A DNA stretch of 17,301 nt, taken from contig CAYFXC010000010.1 of the NCBI GenBank assembly GCA_964347045.1, positions 1 to 17,301 on the forward strand, written 5' to 3'. The notes beneath the pieces are model-generated. The model did no database searches, was not told where the DNA came from, and worked only from the letters and a program-made list of their open reading frames with translations. Position 1 is the first letter of the stretch; every line of letters begins with the position of its first letter. Below are positions 1-9,158 of this stretch, piece after piece. The DNA comes from an uncultured archaeon. GTDB lineage: Archaea; Asgardarchaeota; Hermodarchaeia; Hermodarchaeales; Hermodarchaeaceae. A program made the translations under genes and the position numbers.

Positions 1-66
1 TTGGGACTTTACGCGGTGAAAGTAGTTCTAGAAAAAGAACTGGTGTGGATACGGTGATTTAAAGCG

Positions 67-2226
67 ATGGAGCAGAACAGTGTTGGCACTGAACCACCAA
101 GTGTAGTCTTACCGCCATCACTCAAACTTGAAGGATCTTGTATTAGAGTAGAAGGCCAAGAGCTTCCGCTCTATAGTGGTTCATTGGATTACTGGCGCAT
201 TCCATCTGAAAAATGGGATTTGGTGCTGGAACGGATTGTCGGAATAGGTTTCCGAATTATCTCTACAGCAATTCCCTGGAATATTCACGAGGTTGCTAGT
301 GACCTTTTCGATGTTGGTACGACTGACAAACAACGGGATATCGAAGGCTTTCTTACCCAATGTCGAGAAAAAGGGCTTTTTGTGATTGTGCGACCGGGTC
401 CTTGTGTAGATGCTGAACTGAAATATTATGGGTTTCCCAAACGTGTGCTATATGACCCAGAGATTCAAGCGATTAGTGCCTACGGAACACGTGTCATAAT
501 ACCAGCGACGCCCAATCCGTTTCCGATGCCCAGTTATGCTAGTGAAAAGTTCTATGATGAGTTATCAAAGTTCTTTGATGTCATTTGTCCTATTATTGCA
601 CGTCATTTAGCCCCAGGAGGTCCAATTATTGGGATTCAGATTGATAATGATTTACCTCGCATTTTCATGAATGGCCCTTTTAGTGCGGATTATTCGACGC
701 ATGCTTTGCGATGGTACCATGAATTTCTTACAGGTAGGTATCCCTCAATTGGAGGTTTGAATCGAGCGTATAGGACACGATATAATGAATTCATAGAGAT
801 TGACCCGCCACGTGCCCTTGCCACTACAGAACGGGAAGCTTTGCCACGATATCTTGACTGGATGGAATATCAAGAATATTACATTGGACTTGCTCTCAGT
901 GTTATCGCAAGTTTACTTTGGTCACGTGGTGTTCGAGGAATTCTAACCTCCCACAGCACAAGATCAACTTTCCCAACACTGCCCCTCAATGTTAGGAGGA
1001 CAGAAAGAGAGCTTGATTTTCAGGGAGTAGGGCTTTATCTCGATCGATCACACTATGACATTATTCGCCGAGGTGCATTATACTTAAGCACCGTTAGCCG
1101 TTTACCCTATTTGTCAGAAAGTGGAATGGGTACGTGGCCATGGGGTCCTAGATTAGAAGCTAGCGACCAGCAATTTACCATGCTGGTTGCGATGATGTAT
1201 GGTTTCCGGGGATTTAATACGCATATGCTCGTTGAGCGAAATCGATGGCTCGGGAGCCCAATTTCCCCCATGGCAGTATCTAATGATGAACAATCAGCTT
1301 TTTTGAAACGAATACTCGAAATTTTACACTCTATCAAGTTTCATACCTTGCACCGCAATATCCCAGTGCTTCTGCTGCGAAATTTTGAGTACGAGAGGCT
1401 TTATGGTGTATGTACCAACTCCAACTGGTTAACACAATTAATGGGAATACCTGAAGATTTGCTACTGAGCAATCGAACCTTTAGCTATACCGAAACAATT
1501 CAAAAGGCCTATCCTGCACTTTGGGGAGCATTCTATTGGGGCCTAACCCGGTCAAAAATTCCCTTTGCCATTGGAGACACAGATATGGACCGTCCAGCCT
1601 TAGGTCGCCACCAAGCGATTATCATTCCTAGCTTCGATTTCATGTCTGAAGAGCTACAAACAAAGATCACTGATTTTGCCGAACGGGGAGGTTCTGTGAT
1701 TCTTGGTCCAGAGCTTCCTTATTTGGGTACTGATATGCGGGGTTGTACAGTTATTGCAGAATGTGCTGGTATCCAACCAACTACAACACGCCGACCCTTA
1801 GTTGGGCTCCATGATCCATTTACCTTGACAGATGATAAGGTTCGTGTTGGAAATCGTGTTGGTGGAGGCATCACATCCTTAGGGAAAGGGAAAGTCGTCT
1901 ATTTGGGAATTACATTGCCTCCAACATTAAATCGAGAGGATGCATTAGAATCAGAATCTGTGATAACAAAATCATTGAAGCATCTGAATCTTCCTGTTGT
2001 AGGAGATGCACGAAATCCGTCGGTTGATGAAAATTTTTGGGGTATTCGAGCTCCTCGAGTCATTTTTCAAGTGAATGCAACCAATCAACCGCAATCGGTT
2101 ACTTTGAAAGTGGCTAAACGAGCTGTGATTCGGAATTTATGGACCGGAGAACAATTAGCCAAAAAGGGTTCACAGGAAATTGCACTAAATCCTTATGATT
2201 TACGAGTATTTGAGGTGGTTCGATGA
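67..2226 (+). CDS. GH35/GH42-like beta-galactosidase / exo-beta-glucosaminidase-family glycoside hydrolase (719 aa), with a variant acid/base motif
   Basis: GH35 N-terminal motifs SGSLDYWR, IPWNIHE, RPGPCVDAE and GGPIIGIQIDND; putative nucleophile in PYLSE351; C-terminal trimerisation-like region (AIIIPS...FAERGGSVILGP). GGTGA SD at 53-57. No signal peptide. Confidence 0.85.
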   Translation: MEQNSVGTEPPSVVLPPSLKLEGSCIRVEGQELPLYSGSLDYWRIPSEKWDLVLERIVGIGFRIISTAIPWNIHEVASDLFDVGTTDKQRDIEGFLTQCREKGLFVIVRPGPCVDAELKYYGFPKRVLYDPEIQAISAYGTRVIIPATPNPFPMPSYASEKFYDELSKFFDVICPIIARHLAPGGPIIGIQIDNDLPRIFMNGPFSADYSTHALRWYHEFLTGRYPSIGGLNRAYRTRYNEFIEIDPPRALATTEREALPRYLDWMEYQEYYIGLALSVIASLLWSRGVRGILTSHSTRSTFPTLPLNVRRTERELDFQGVGLYLDRSHYDIIRRGALYLSTVSRLPYLSESGMGTWPWGPRLEASDQQFTMLVAMMYGFRGFNTHMLVERNRWLGSPISPMAVSNDEQSAFLKRILEILHSIKFHTLHRNIPVLLLRNFEYERLYGVCTNSNWLTQLMGIPEDLLLSNRTFSYTETIQKAYPALWGAFYWGLTRSKIPFAIGDTDMDRPALGRHQAIIIPSFDFMSEELQTKITDFAERGGSVILGPELPYLGTDMRGCTVIAECAGIQPTTTRRPLVGLHDPFTLTDDKVRVGNRVGGGITSLGKGKVVYLGITLPPTLNREDALESESVITKSLKHLNLPVVGDARNPSVDENFWGIRAPRVIFQVNATNQPQSVTLKVAKRAVIRNLWTGEQLAKKGSQEIALNPYDLRVFEVVR

Positions 2227-3014
2227 GGCGATTAAATGAGGACTATGAGTTTTTCAATGTAGAGCTGTCCCACTGGTTCAACCTTTTATCCGCCTTACCA
2301 CAGTTTGCCAGCGACCGAGGAATACTCTTCCTTCTCTACGAAGAAGCTGAAATTATTCATGCTTTCCATTCAATACAGGGTTCTCGACCTGATTTGACTG
2401 GTCCTTTTTCAACGCCTTCTATCGTAATACAACAACTGCAGCAACGAGAAGATGTTGATGCAGTCTTTATGATTGAGCAAGGTCTTGTGGTGTACCTCAT
2501 TGCAAAAATGCAAGCAGCCTTTAAGCCTGAAATAGATATTCTGCAATATCTTGAGTTTGCCCAAACTGGGATGGAAGAAGAATTCGGTAGACGATTTTAT
2601 GTTTGGCCTAAAGGATTCTGGGAGAAGGGAATTTTTTCATTATTTCATCGTGCACGTAGATTGTTTGATGAGCTGCCATCAGATTATATTTTTGTTCTCA
2701 CTATATTCGAAGAAAACACTATCTGGGCAAGTCTAATTGTACAAGGCGTTGAGGGGCAAATCCGGCGAATTACAACAACGAAGTCTATAGAACCCCTCGA
2801 TGTTGCAATTAGTGAATGGCAAACTGACTATCCTAAACTTCTTGAGGTTGTTGCTCAAAGATTTGGCTCACCTACATTCGGATTTTTCACCGATGATGAA
2901 ACACTTCGATTTCTCATGCGAAGTGAAACCCCACTCGATTTCATCCGACAAGCTCGTCGAACGAATCAAATAATTGTCGATCCCATCCCAAGTCGTATTC
3001 GCAGCCGTCTTTAG
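2223..3014 (+). CDS. Hypothetical protein (263 aa), translationally coupled to the GH35-like gene
   Basis: ATGA start/stop overlap with the upstream CDS, GAGGTGG SD, long ORF with globular composition. No motif recognised. Confidence 0.8.
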   Translation: MRRLNEDYEFFNVELSHWFNLLSALPQFASDRGILFLLYEEAEIIHAFHSIQGSRPDLTGPFSTPSIVIQQLQQREDVDAVFMIEQGLVVYLIAKMQAAFKPEIDILQYLEFAQTGMEEEFGRRFYVWPKGFWEKGIFSLFHRARRLFDELPSDYIFVLTIFEENTIWASLIVQGVEGQIRRITTTKSIEPLDVAISEWQTDYPKLLEVVAQRFGSPTFGFFTDDETLRFLMRSETPLDFIRQARRTNQIIVDPIPSRIRSRL

Positions 3015-3017
3015 CGG

Positions 3018-3974
3018 TTATCCACCAATTCGTCGCCTTCTCACTAATAGAAGCACAACCACTAGAACAATTGTACAGACAATAGTAACAACGATGAATA
3101 GTCCTAGTTCAGATGATAGCCCTGCCGGTAGATACAGAGGTGGTTCACCGTGGTCGATTTGTAATGAGAAGTTGTTGGGGTAGCCATCATCAATTACTGG
3201 ATGAGCCGCTGTGGAATTGCAATTTGCAGCAAAATCAGGAAATGCGGGAAAGACAATCGTTGTGATATAACTTCGACTGAGTGGAGAAGCAAAAGAAAAA
3301 GCTTCTTCTATTGTAACCTCACCGTCAGCATTTGAATCAGCTGATGCATTCATTAGTGCATTCGTGAAGAAATGGTTAAAGACTTCACCAATTATTGGTA
3401 AACCCTCTTCTGGTAGTCCTGCCCAAGCATATTCATGGGCTTCTGTTGAAGCTATATGGATGTGGGGCATTGGATCATCATATAGTGGTTGAAGAAAAAT
3501 TTCTGAAGTGCAGGCTGAAACTATGAAAAATTTTTCTTGGCTTACTAGATTTTTCCAATGTAGGGGAAACCATGCTTGCCATTGGATATCGCTGAGAAGG
3601 TAGTTTCCATGCGCAAAAACATAGAATAGGACCACATCATTTGCGTCAGCATTCATAGCAAGAAATTGTAGTGCTGCTTCACCGGTTTGTTGAACGATAG
3701 GTCCTTGATGGATGAAGATGTGATTAGTTTGCCAGCCAAGTGCATTCAGTGTCTCATTCCATTTTTGGGTATCACTGTAGCCAGTGTCTAAATTCGATCC
3801 TGATTGATAATGATTCATTTCCATTAGCACAGCCCATCCTTCTCGGGGATTGTATAGTGGTTGATATCCCGATGACGCTGAGTTTTCAGCCAACCAAGAC
3901 AGGGGAAAAAGTGTACATACTAAGATAGATATGAAGAATAACCATCTAAGCTTGTAACATAAGGATGGGTTCAC
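3018..3974 (-). CDS. Membrane-anchored caspase-like (clan CD, C13/C14-like) cysteine peptidase (318 aa)
   Basis: GTG start. Caspase-fold strand order WAVL...DVVLFYVFAH122G...FFIVSAC155TS, EF-hand-like DSNADGEVTIEE, N-terminal hydrophobic signal, C-terminal TM helix plus RRRR. Confidence 0.75.
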   Translation of the reverse strand: MNPSLCYKLRWLFFISILVCTLFPLSWLAENSASSGYQPLYNPREGWAVLMEMNHYQSGSNLDTGYSDTQKWNETLNALGWQTNHIFIHQGPIVQQTGEAALQFLAMNADANDVVLFYVFAHGNYLLSDIQWQAWFPLHWKNLVSQEKFFIVSACTSEIFLQPLYDDPMPHIHIASTEAHEYAWAGLPEEGLPIIGEVFNHFFTNALMNASADSNADGEVTIEEAFSFASPLSRSYITTIVFPAFPDFAANCNSTAAHPVIDDGYPNNFSLQIDHGEPPLYLPAGLSSELGLFIVVTIVCTIVLVVVLLLVRRRRIGG

Positions 3975-4049
3975 GCTATAAGCCCCGACAAAAGCCTTTT
4001 TCTAGTTTATCTTTGGGGACTCAAAACCCTTTGGTCTTTTCTATTCCTG

Positions 4050-4061
4050 AAAAAAAGAAGA
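4050..4061 (-). terminator. Possible archaeal oligo-U terminator after the GH38 gene
   Basis: The minus strand reads TCTTCTTTTTTT about 45 nt after the tandem TAG TGA stops. Confidence 0.3.
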
Positions 4062-4104
4062 GGAACTGCCTTGAACTTCCATAGCTGCTTTTTCTTGAAC
4101 CTCA

Positions 4105-7062
4105 CTACTCATTGGTTGATTTAATAGTGCGAAATTGTAGTGTTCGAATTTGAAAAGGTTTCACGTTCATTGTTACTTGATACGGGTAAGGCGTTTTAAT
4201 CGAGAGCTTTTCAATTTGCTGTTCAGCTAAGCTGACATAGGAGGCGTGGGAAATTGGAACGGCTGTGCGGATTTCTACATTCGATGGTTTGCCAACGATT
4301 TCATATAATCGAAGAAGCGTTGAATCTGTTTCTTCGGCTTTTTTTAGACAGCTAAAGGTACAGCTAGAAGGATAAACGGATAAGAAGCCTTGAGATGCTG
4401 GGAGAAGCCCACCTGCTGTTTCAGCGAGTTGAATAGCCTTTAGTGGAGTAATATATTGTTGGGTTTGTTTGAGTGTCGCTGGGTTTTTCCATGATTCATC
4501 ATAGGGTAGTACCGAATAATGCGCAACATGTTTTCCGAGACATTGTGCTCCAGGTGTGGCAAGCGCTGGGCCCGCGTGCCCGCGCCGCGTCGTAAGATCA
4601 CCACGAGAGAGCCAACCGATTGACCGAAGAAGTGTCAATGCAATTGTTCGATTTTCATCATTTAGTACTTCATATTCTGGGAGCCCACGTGTGGCAATTA
4701 GTAGTCCATCTGAGTCATCATTCAAAGCGCAGAAGGTTTGGAGGGCATGAGTTGTGGTGGAATCTTCTAACCAACCTGGAGGTTTTCCAAAGACGTTAGG
4801 TTGTTTGAGGAAGTATGTGAGGTAGTAATCCATCATCATAGGATAAAGCTGAGCTTCCCATTCTTGTGCTGCAGGTTCAAGCAAACGTTCTGTAACATAA
4901 AAAGGCGTATCGCCCCAAGCTGTATTCGTATCGAGATGAGTTGGAAAAAGAACACGTAAACGATGATCATGTGCTGTATTTGTGAAATTGGTTTGAATAT
5001 CAATTCGTGGAGTGTGCGCTGATATGGTGATAAAGGTTTGAATTGGTATCGTCGTTTTTTGCAGACTTCGACGTTGACGGTTTTTTTGAGCTTTCTTTGG
5101 TACCTTAAGGCGTGTACGTATTTCGAGTGTGATAGTGACCGGACCCTGTTCAAGGATTCTAATCCCTGTTTGAGGATCGCTCAGACTGGTAATCCTTTCA
5201 TCCTTCGATGGTGGGCAATAGCTATACTCGTCACCAATATCACCTGTGTCTTCAAAAACTAGAAGACGAGAATATTCTTTGCCAGTGGATTTGTGAAGAA
5301 GGGTGAGTATGCCATTTTTAGTGGAAACGCCAAGCTGAATGAACGGGGTATCGATGATATACATATCGCCTTCTTTCTTTAAGGACAAAGAAGAAGCCAG
5401 AGTTGTCCTGGTATCGGAGGTTTCAGAAGTCACGTAAAAAGTAGCGTATCCGAGTCCTGGAATTTCTTTCGCGGTGAAGGTGACAAGAACCCTAGTTTCC
5501 GGGTCAGGTTCTTGAGGTTCACCTCTAAAGACATTAGGGAGGTTGTGTGCTGTTAGTGAGGAATGGAAAGCTGAATCGAGCTCTTTAGCTCTTTTTGTTT
5601 GCAATGGGATTTTTTCACCTTTTGCATTATAGAGGGCTAGTTTCGTTTTTGCATCAAGAGGGATCGGGATTTGTAGAAGAATTCGAACGATATCAGTAGT
5701 GTTCCAAGGATGGGGATTAAAAACTCGGAACATCGCTAAGCAAGGGTTAGGGATTGTTGAGGGAGGAACGGAGTTTGCTTGGCGGTTGATATGATAGATA
5801 GCATCACTTAGAATCTGGTTTCCAAGTTGTTGGCTCCATTTGAAACGACGAACCATGTCAGCATGAGTAGCATCTACACTGCAGCCACAAATTGAGTCAT
5901 GAGGTTGATTTTGGAGGAGGAATTTCCATGCCCGACGAATTGGTAATGTGGGATAAGCCGCTCCAAGCCACCAAGCAATAGTTGCGAAGGGCTCAACCCA
6001 ACGTTCAAGGAGTTGTTGTGTCACAAAATTACTTTGTTTTAGATACAAACGAGCTGAAAAAACCCCAGGGAGAATTTGGATGTATTTACTCGCATGTTGC
6101 TCGCCCTCGATAAGTGGTAATTCGGCTACATTCACTTCTTTATGGATGATATCGAGATAGTCTTGGAGGGTGCCGTGGTGAACTGTCACACCTGATAGCT
6201 CATTGATGAAATCTGTAAATAATTCGTTGATGAATGGACTTAATTCATCGATGCCAGTAACTTCTTTGTCAATTGGACTCTTTCCAAATTCACTAAGCAA
6301 TTGAGAGGGGGTTTTGCCTTGCAGTATTTCTTGTGATTTAAGCCGGTGATTTAGTGCTTCGATTAAGGTAGGAAGATGAGGTTGAGGCGGGAGATGATCA
6401 CTTCCGTTCATGAGAAGTGCAGCTGAACTGGTTCCACGAAGAGATAACACATTCAAAGGCATAAGTAGTTGAGCTAATGTTGCATCAACTGAATTTGGTA
6501 AGTTTGCTGCCGTAGAATAGCTTGTTCGCAAATGAACAAGTAGTACCTCAGACCCATTGGGAGCTCGCCATCGAAGCTCTGTTGGAAGAGTTTGACCATG
6601 ATCTTCTAATCCGCGCCACCAGACACTTGCATCTATATCAAATCCTGTGAGAATCTGAGGAAGCTGAGCAATATGACCAAAGGCGTCTGGAACATACCCA
6701 ATAGGCATTACCTCCCCAAATTGGCGAGCTATCTGTCGACCATAGAGCAGATTTCGGATAAGTGACTCCCCACTCACTAGAAACTCATCTGCAAGAACAT
6801 ACCATGGGCCAATCTGAATTCGATTTTGAATGATAAGTCGTTGAAGGCGCTTACGGTTTTCTGGACGAAGCTCAAGATAGTCATCAAGAATGATAGTCTG
6901 GCCATCAAGATTGAACCCAGCATAGTTGGGATTCTCTTCCATTAGATCGATGAGTTGATCTATGGTTTTTACGAGCAGCCATCGGAAATCTTCAAATGGT
7001 AAATACCATTCTCGGTCCCAATGAGTATGACTAACAATGATCACTTTTCGGAGTAACGGCAC
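4105..7062 (-). CDS. GH38 alpha-mannosidase (MngB/mannosylglycerate-hydrolase-like subgroup), 985 aa, cytoplasmic
   Basis: SHTHWDREWY, LDGQT, GPWYVLADEFLVSGESLIRNL, GYVPD126AFGH (nucleophile), NGSDH, QPHDSICGCS, TLLRSIGWLS. GTG start with AAGGTG SD. Confidence 0.95.
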   Translation of the reverse strand: MPLLRKVIIVSHTHWDREWYLPFEDFRWLLVKTIDQLIDLMEENPNYAGFNLDGQTIILDDYLELRPENRKRLQRLIIQNRIQIGPWYVLADEFLVSGESLIRNLLYGRQIARQFGEVMPIGYVPDAFGHIAQLPQILTGFDIDASVWWRGLEDHGQTLPTELRWRAPNGSEVLLVHLRTSYSTAANLPNSVDATLAQLLMPLNVLSLRGTSSAALLMNGSDHLPPQPHLPTLIEALNHRLKSQEILQGKTPSQLLSEFGKSPIDKEVTGIDELSPFINELFTDFINELSGVTVHHGTLQDYLDIIHKEVNVAELPLIEGEQHASKYIQILPGVFSARLYLKQSNFVTQQLLERWVEPFATIAWWLGAAYPTLPIRRAWKFLLQNQPHDSICGCSVDATHADMVRRFKWSQQLGNQILSDAIYHINRQANSVPPSTIPNPCLAMFRVFNPHPWNTTDIVRILLQIPIPLDAKTKLALYNAKGEKIPLQTKRAKELDSAFHSSLTAHNLPNVFRGEPQEPDPETRVLVTFTAKEIPGLGYATFYVTSETSDTRTTLASSLSLKKEGDMYIIDTPFIQLGVSTKNGILTLLHKSTGKEYSRLLVFEDTGDIGDEYSYCPPSKDERITSLSDPQTGIRILEQGPVTITLEIRTRLKVPKKAQKNRQRRSLQKTTIPIQTFITISAHTPRIDIQTNFTNTAHDHRLRVLFPTHLDTNTAWGDTPFYVTERLLEPAAQEWEAQLYPMMMDYYLTYFLKQPNVFGKPPGWLEDSTTTHALQTFCALNDDSDGLLIATRGLPEYEVLNDENRTIALTLLRSIGWLSRGDLTTRRGHAGPALATPGAQCLGKHVAHYSVLPYDESWKNPATLKQTQQYITPLKAIQLAETAGGLLPASQGFLSVYPSSCTFSCLKKAEETDSTLLRLYEIVGKPSNVEIRTAVPISHASYVSLAEQQIEKLSIKTPYPYQVTMNVKPFQIRTLQFRTIKSTNE

Positions 7063-7281
7063 CCGGGAACACCTTCACTAATTGCATTGGGAGTAGAATA
7101 TATGATTCTTTGACTTATACTCTTAGGATTTTGCTTACATCATGTTAAGCTATCATCCTGATTTAGATTTCACATCATTTCCACAGAAAAGGTTCGTGGT
7201 ATTGATCTTTACTTATCACAAACCCTCTCTGCCTTTTAGTATACAGGTACGGAATCCTTTCTGCACGGAGGTTTAAGAAAC

Positions 7282-7533
7282 ATGACTCAACTTGTGCAAC
7301 CCCAGGCGGAATCGGACCGCATTCTCTGGGAAGTCCTTCGCGAATTACAACCGCATCGCGACCCTACGCAACATTCAGCTATTCTTCGAGCCAGCCAAGT
7401 GCAACGGCTCCGACCTTTATTGGATTATGCTTGTCGACTTCATTGGCGTGCAGGCCCCACTGAAGAAGGGGAAGCCGCTTTGAAGCGCTTTGTCTACAGA
7501 TTTCTCAGCGGGGATATCCCGTTTTACGACTAA
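7282..7533 (+). CDS. Small hypothetical protein (83 aa)
   Basis: GGAGGT SD at 7267-7272, 9 nt before the ATG. Fills an otherwise empty gap and shows helical amphipathic patterning. Confidence 0.65.
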   Translation: MTQLVQPQAESDRILWEVLRELQPHRDPTQHSAILRASQVQRLRPLLDYACRLHWRAGPTEEGEAALKRFVYRFLSGDIPFYD

Positions 7534-7615
7534 GTAATGTTTCTACCATTACTCAAAAGAAGATTTGAGGAGGGGACGCCCTTCCGCTGGGGGCAACCTC
7601 TCCTTAGACTTTTCT
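7533..7615 (+). other. Two tandem RNA hairpins in the 3' region of the 83-aa gene (terminator or stability element)
   Basis: AGTAATG/CATTACT (7533-7539 with 7547-7553). Long stem 7558-7615 with core TTTGAGGAGGGG/CCTCTCCTTAGA and GCCCTT/GGGGGC, relying on several G-U pairs. Confidence 0.6.
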
Positions 7616-7627
7616 ATTAATCAGAGC

Positions 7628-8947
7628 CTATTTCTTGATGTACCGTCGATAGACAAATCCTGCGATCGCTATGCCAACAACTATCGCAACGCTGATAATG
7701 ATGTACTCAAGGGGAACCGGTTCTGGTGGAGGAAGAGGAGTCGGAGCCGTCACAGAAACTCCTACATTCCAATCCCAGTTGAATATTTGCGTGAAGAAGT
7801 TGGCGACACCAGAATGCGTGATAATAACTCCAGCTTCACGATTCTCGTGGGTGGATTCGTAACTCCAATTTATGCTGGATATGAGTGTTTTGTCACCATC
7901 AACAATTACACCCTTGTTGTGAGTCCATCCAAAGTAGGTTTGATTTGAAAACCGAACTTCCACATTGTTAGCCAGGAACATTTCAGCTACTTCTTGCATC
8001 CCTGCACTACGATTATCCAACATGACTCTAGACGTAACGCCCCGTCCAGCCGCTGCTATAATAGCATCATTGAACTGGTTAGGAGCACCATTCCAATCCA
8101 TTTTGGAATACATTTGTTGAACATATAATGTGGAAGTGGCAGAGTTGATAAGGTCAAGGATAGCCGAGATATCATTGTCAGGTGAGAGTACACCTTGGAT
8201 ACTCATTGATCCAGTGAAAGTTTGGGAGGCGAATGGTGCAGGATATGAACCGGTATTTACGCCAGTACCGAAGTTGTCTTCATCACCGCTATCAGGAACG
8301 TATGGCTCAACGTTATCGAGAAGTAGATCATGTGTGAATGTATCATAGAAATAGTTCACTACATCGGGCTGTTCAATGACTACACCCCATTCTCTATTGC
8401 CAGCACTATTAGCAGGTGGTATTCCAGATTTTGCCCAGTTTGCACTTTGCACAACAACGACCTCTTGGTCGAAGATCATAAATTTCGCATGGGTGAATTC
8501 GAGGGAATCAGCTTCAGAATAGAAGAGTTGGAGGTTGGAACCAAAGGCGGCGCTTTGAGATAAGTTATAGAATGTGGCTTTTGTCCAGTGGCGTTCTGAT
8601 GGTGATGCCCATTTCCAAGATACAATGATCGTAATTTCCATGCTCCCATTACGAGCAAGGGCATCCCAAATTTCCTCTACTAGGAACCAATTGGTGAATG
8701 CATAGACCATGACTAACATTTCATTTTCCGTATTCTGTAACAGGTTTCTGACCACGGTATCGCTCGAGTCAGGTGACGAGAAACAGGTAACTGTTGCTGA
8801 ACCGGTGTAAGTTGTTGCTGGTTTGTCAAAGGCAGGAGGTTGGGCTTTAACAGTAATCAAAGTATTAGAGGTTGGTTGAAGGAACGACAGGGCCATGAAC
8901 CCGACTAGTAGGAAAATCAGGAATTGTTGAATGAGTATTCGGCGCAT
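7628..8947 (-). CDS. Surface-anchored phospholipase D-superfamily enzyme (two HKD motifs), 439 aa
   Basis: H153AKFMIFD...QSANW...NRE and H343NKGVIVD...SSINW...NRE; N-terminal signal peptide; C-terminal Pro-rich linker, TM helix and RRYIKK. Confidence 0.9.
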   Translation of the reverse strand: MRRILIQQFLIFLLVGFMALSFLQPTSNTLITVKAQPPAFDKPATTYTGSATVTCFSSPDSSDTVVRNLLQNTENEMLVMVYAFTNWFLVEEIWDALARNGSMEITIIVSWKWASPSERHWTKATFYNLSQSAAFGSNLQLFYSEADSLEFTHAKFMIFDQEVVVVQSANWAKSGIPPANSAGNREWGVVIEQPDVVNYFYDTFTHDLLLDNVEPYVPDSGDEDNFGTGVNTGSYPAPFASQTFTGSMSIQGVLSPDNDISAILDLINSATSTLYVQQMYSKMDWNGAPNQFNDAIIAAAGRGVTSRVMLDNRSAGMQEVAEMFLANNVEVRFSNQTYFGWTHNKGVIVDGDKTLISSINWSYESTHENREAGVIITHSGVANFFTQIFNWDWNVGVSVTAPTPLPPPEPVPLEYIIISVAIVVGIAIAGFVYRRYIKK

Positions 8948-9158
8948 AGAAAATACTCCAGAAATTAAATTTGAAGGTTCTACAATTCTCAGTATATTTA
9001 GCTATATAGGCTTGTGCTTTTACCTAGAAGCCGACATAAAAGGAGATACGAAAAATCCTGATTTATTCCTGAAATAAGCTTACTTCTCGCAGACATCACG
9101 ATATTTTATTAAGTCTTTCAACCAGTGAAAGTTAGTATACTTCAGAAAGGTGTGAAAT

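Noticed and set aside
1-62. Possible 3' end of an upstream gene (frames ending at TGA 57 or TAA 62)
   Set aside because: Too short to choose a frame or assign a product.
7325-7520. RNase P/SRP-like words (GGGAAGTCC, AGTGCAAC, CAGGCCCC...GAAGGGGAAGC)
   Set aside because: The other conserved elements and closing helices are missing, and an SD-led ORF explains the region.
7558-7615. SECIS element
   Set aside because: No in-frame TGA in the upstream ORF and no clear SECIS core.
1107-8664. Short track ORFs nested in or antisense to the GH35, 263-aa, peptidase, GH38, 83-aa and PLD genes (e.g. 7565..7948)
   Set aside because: They overlap better-supported CDSs and show no motifs; treated as shadow ORFs.
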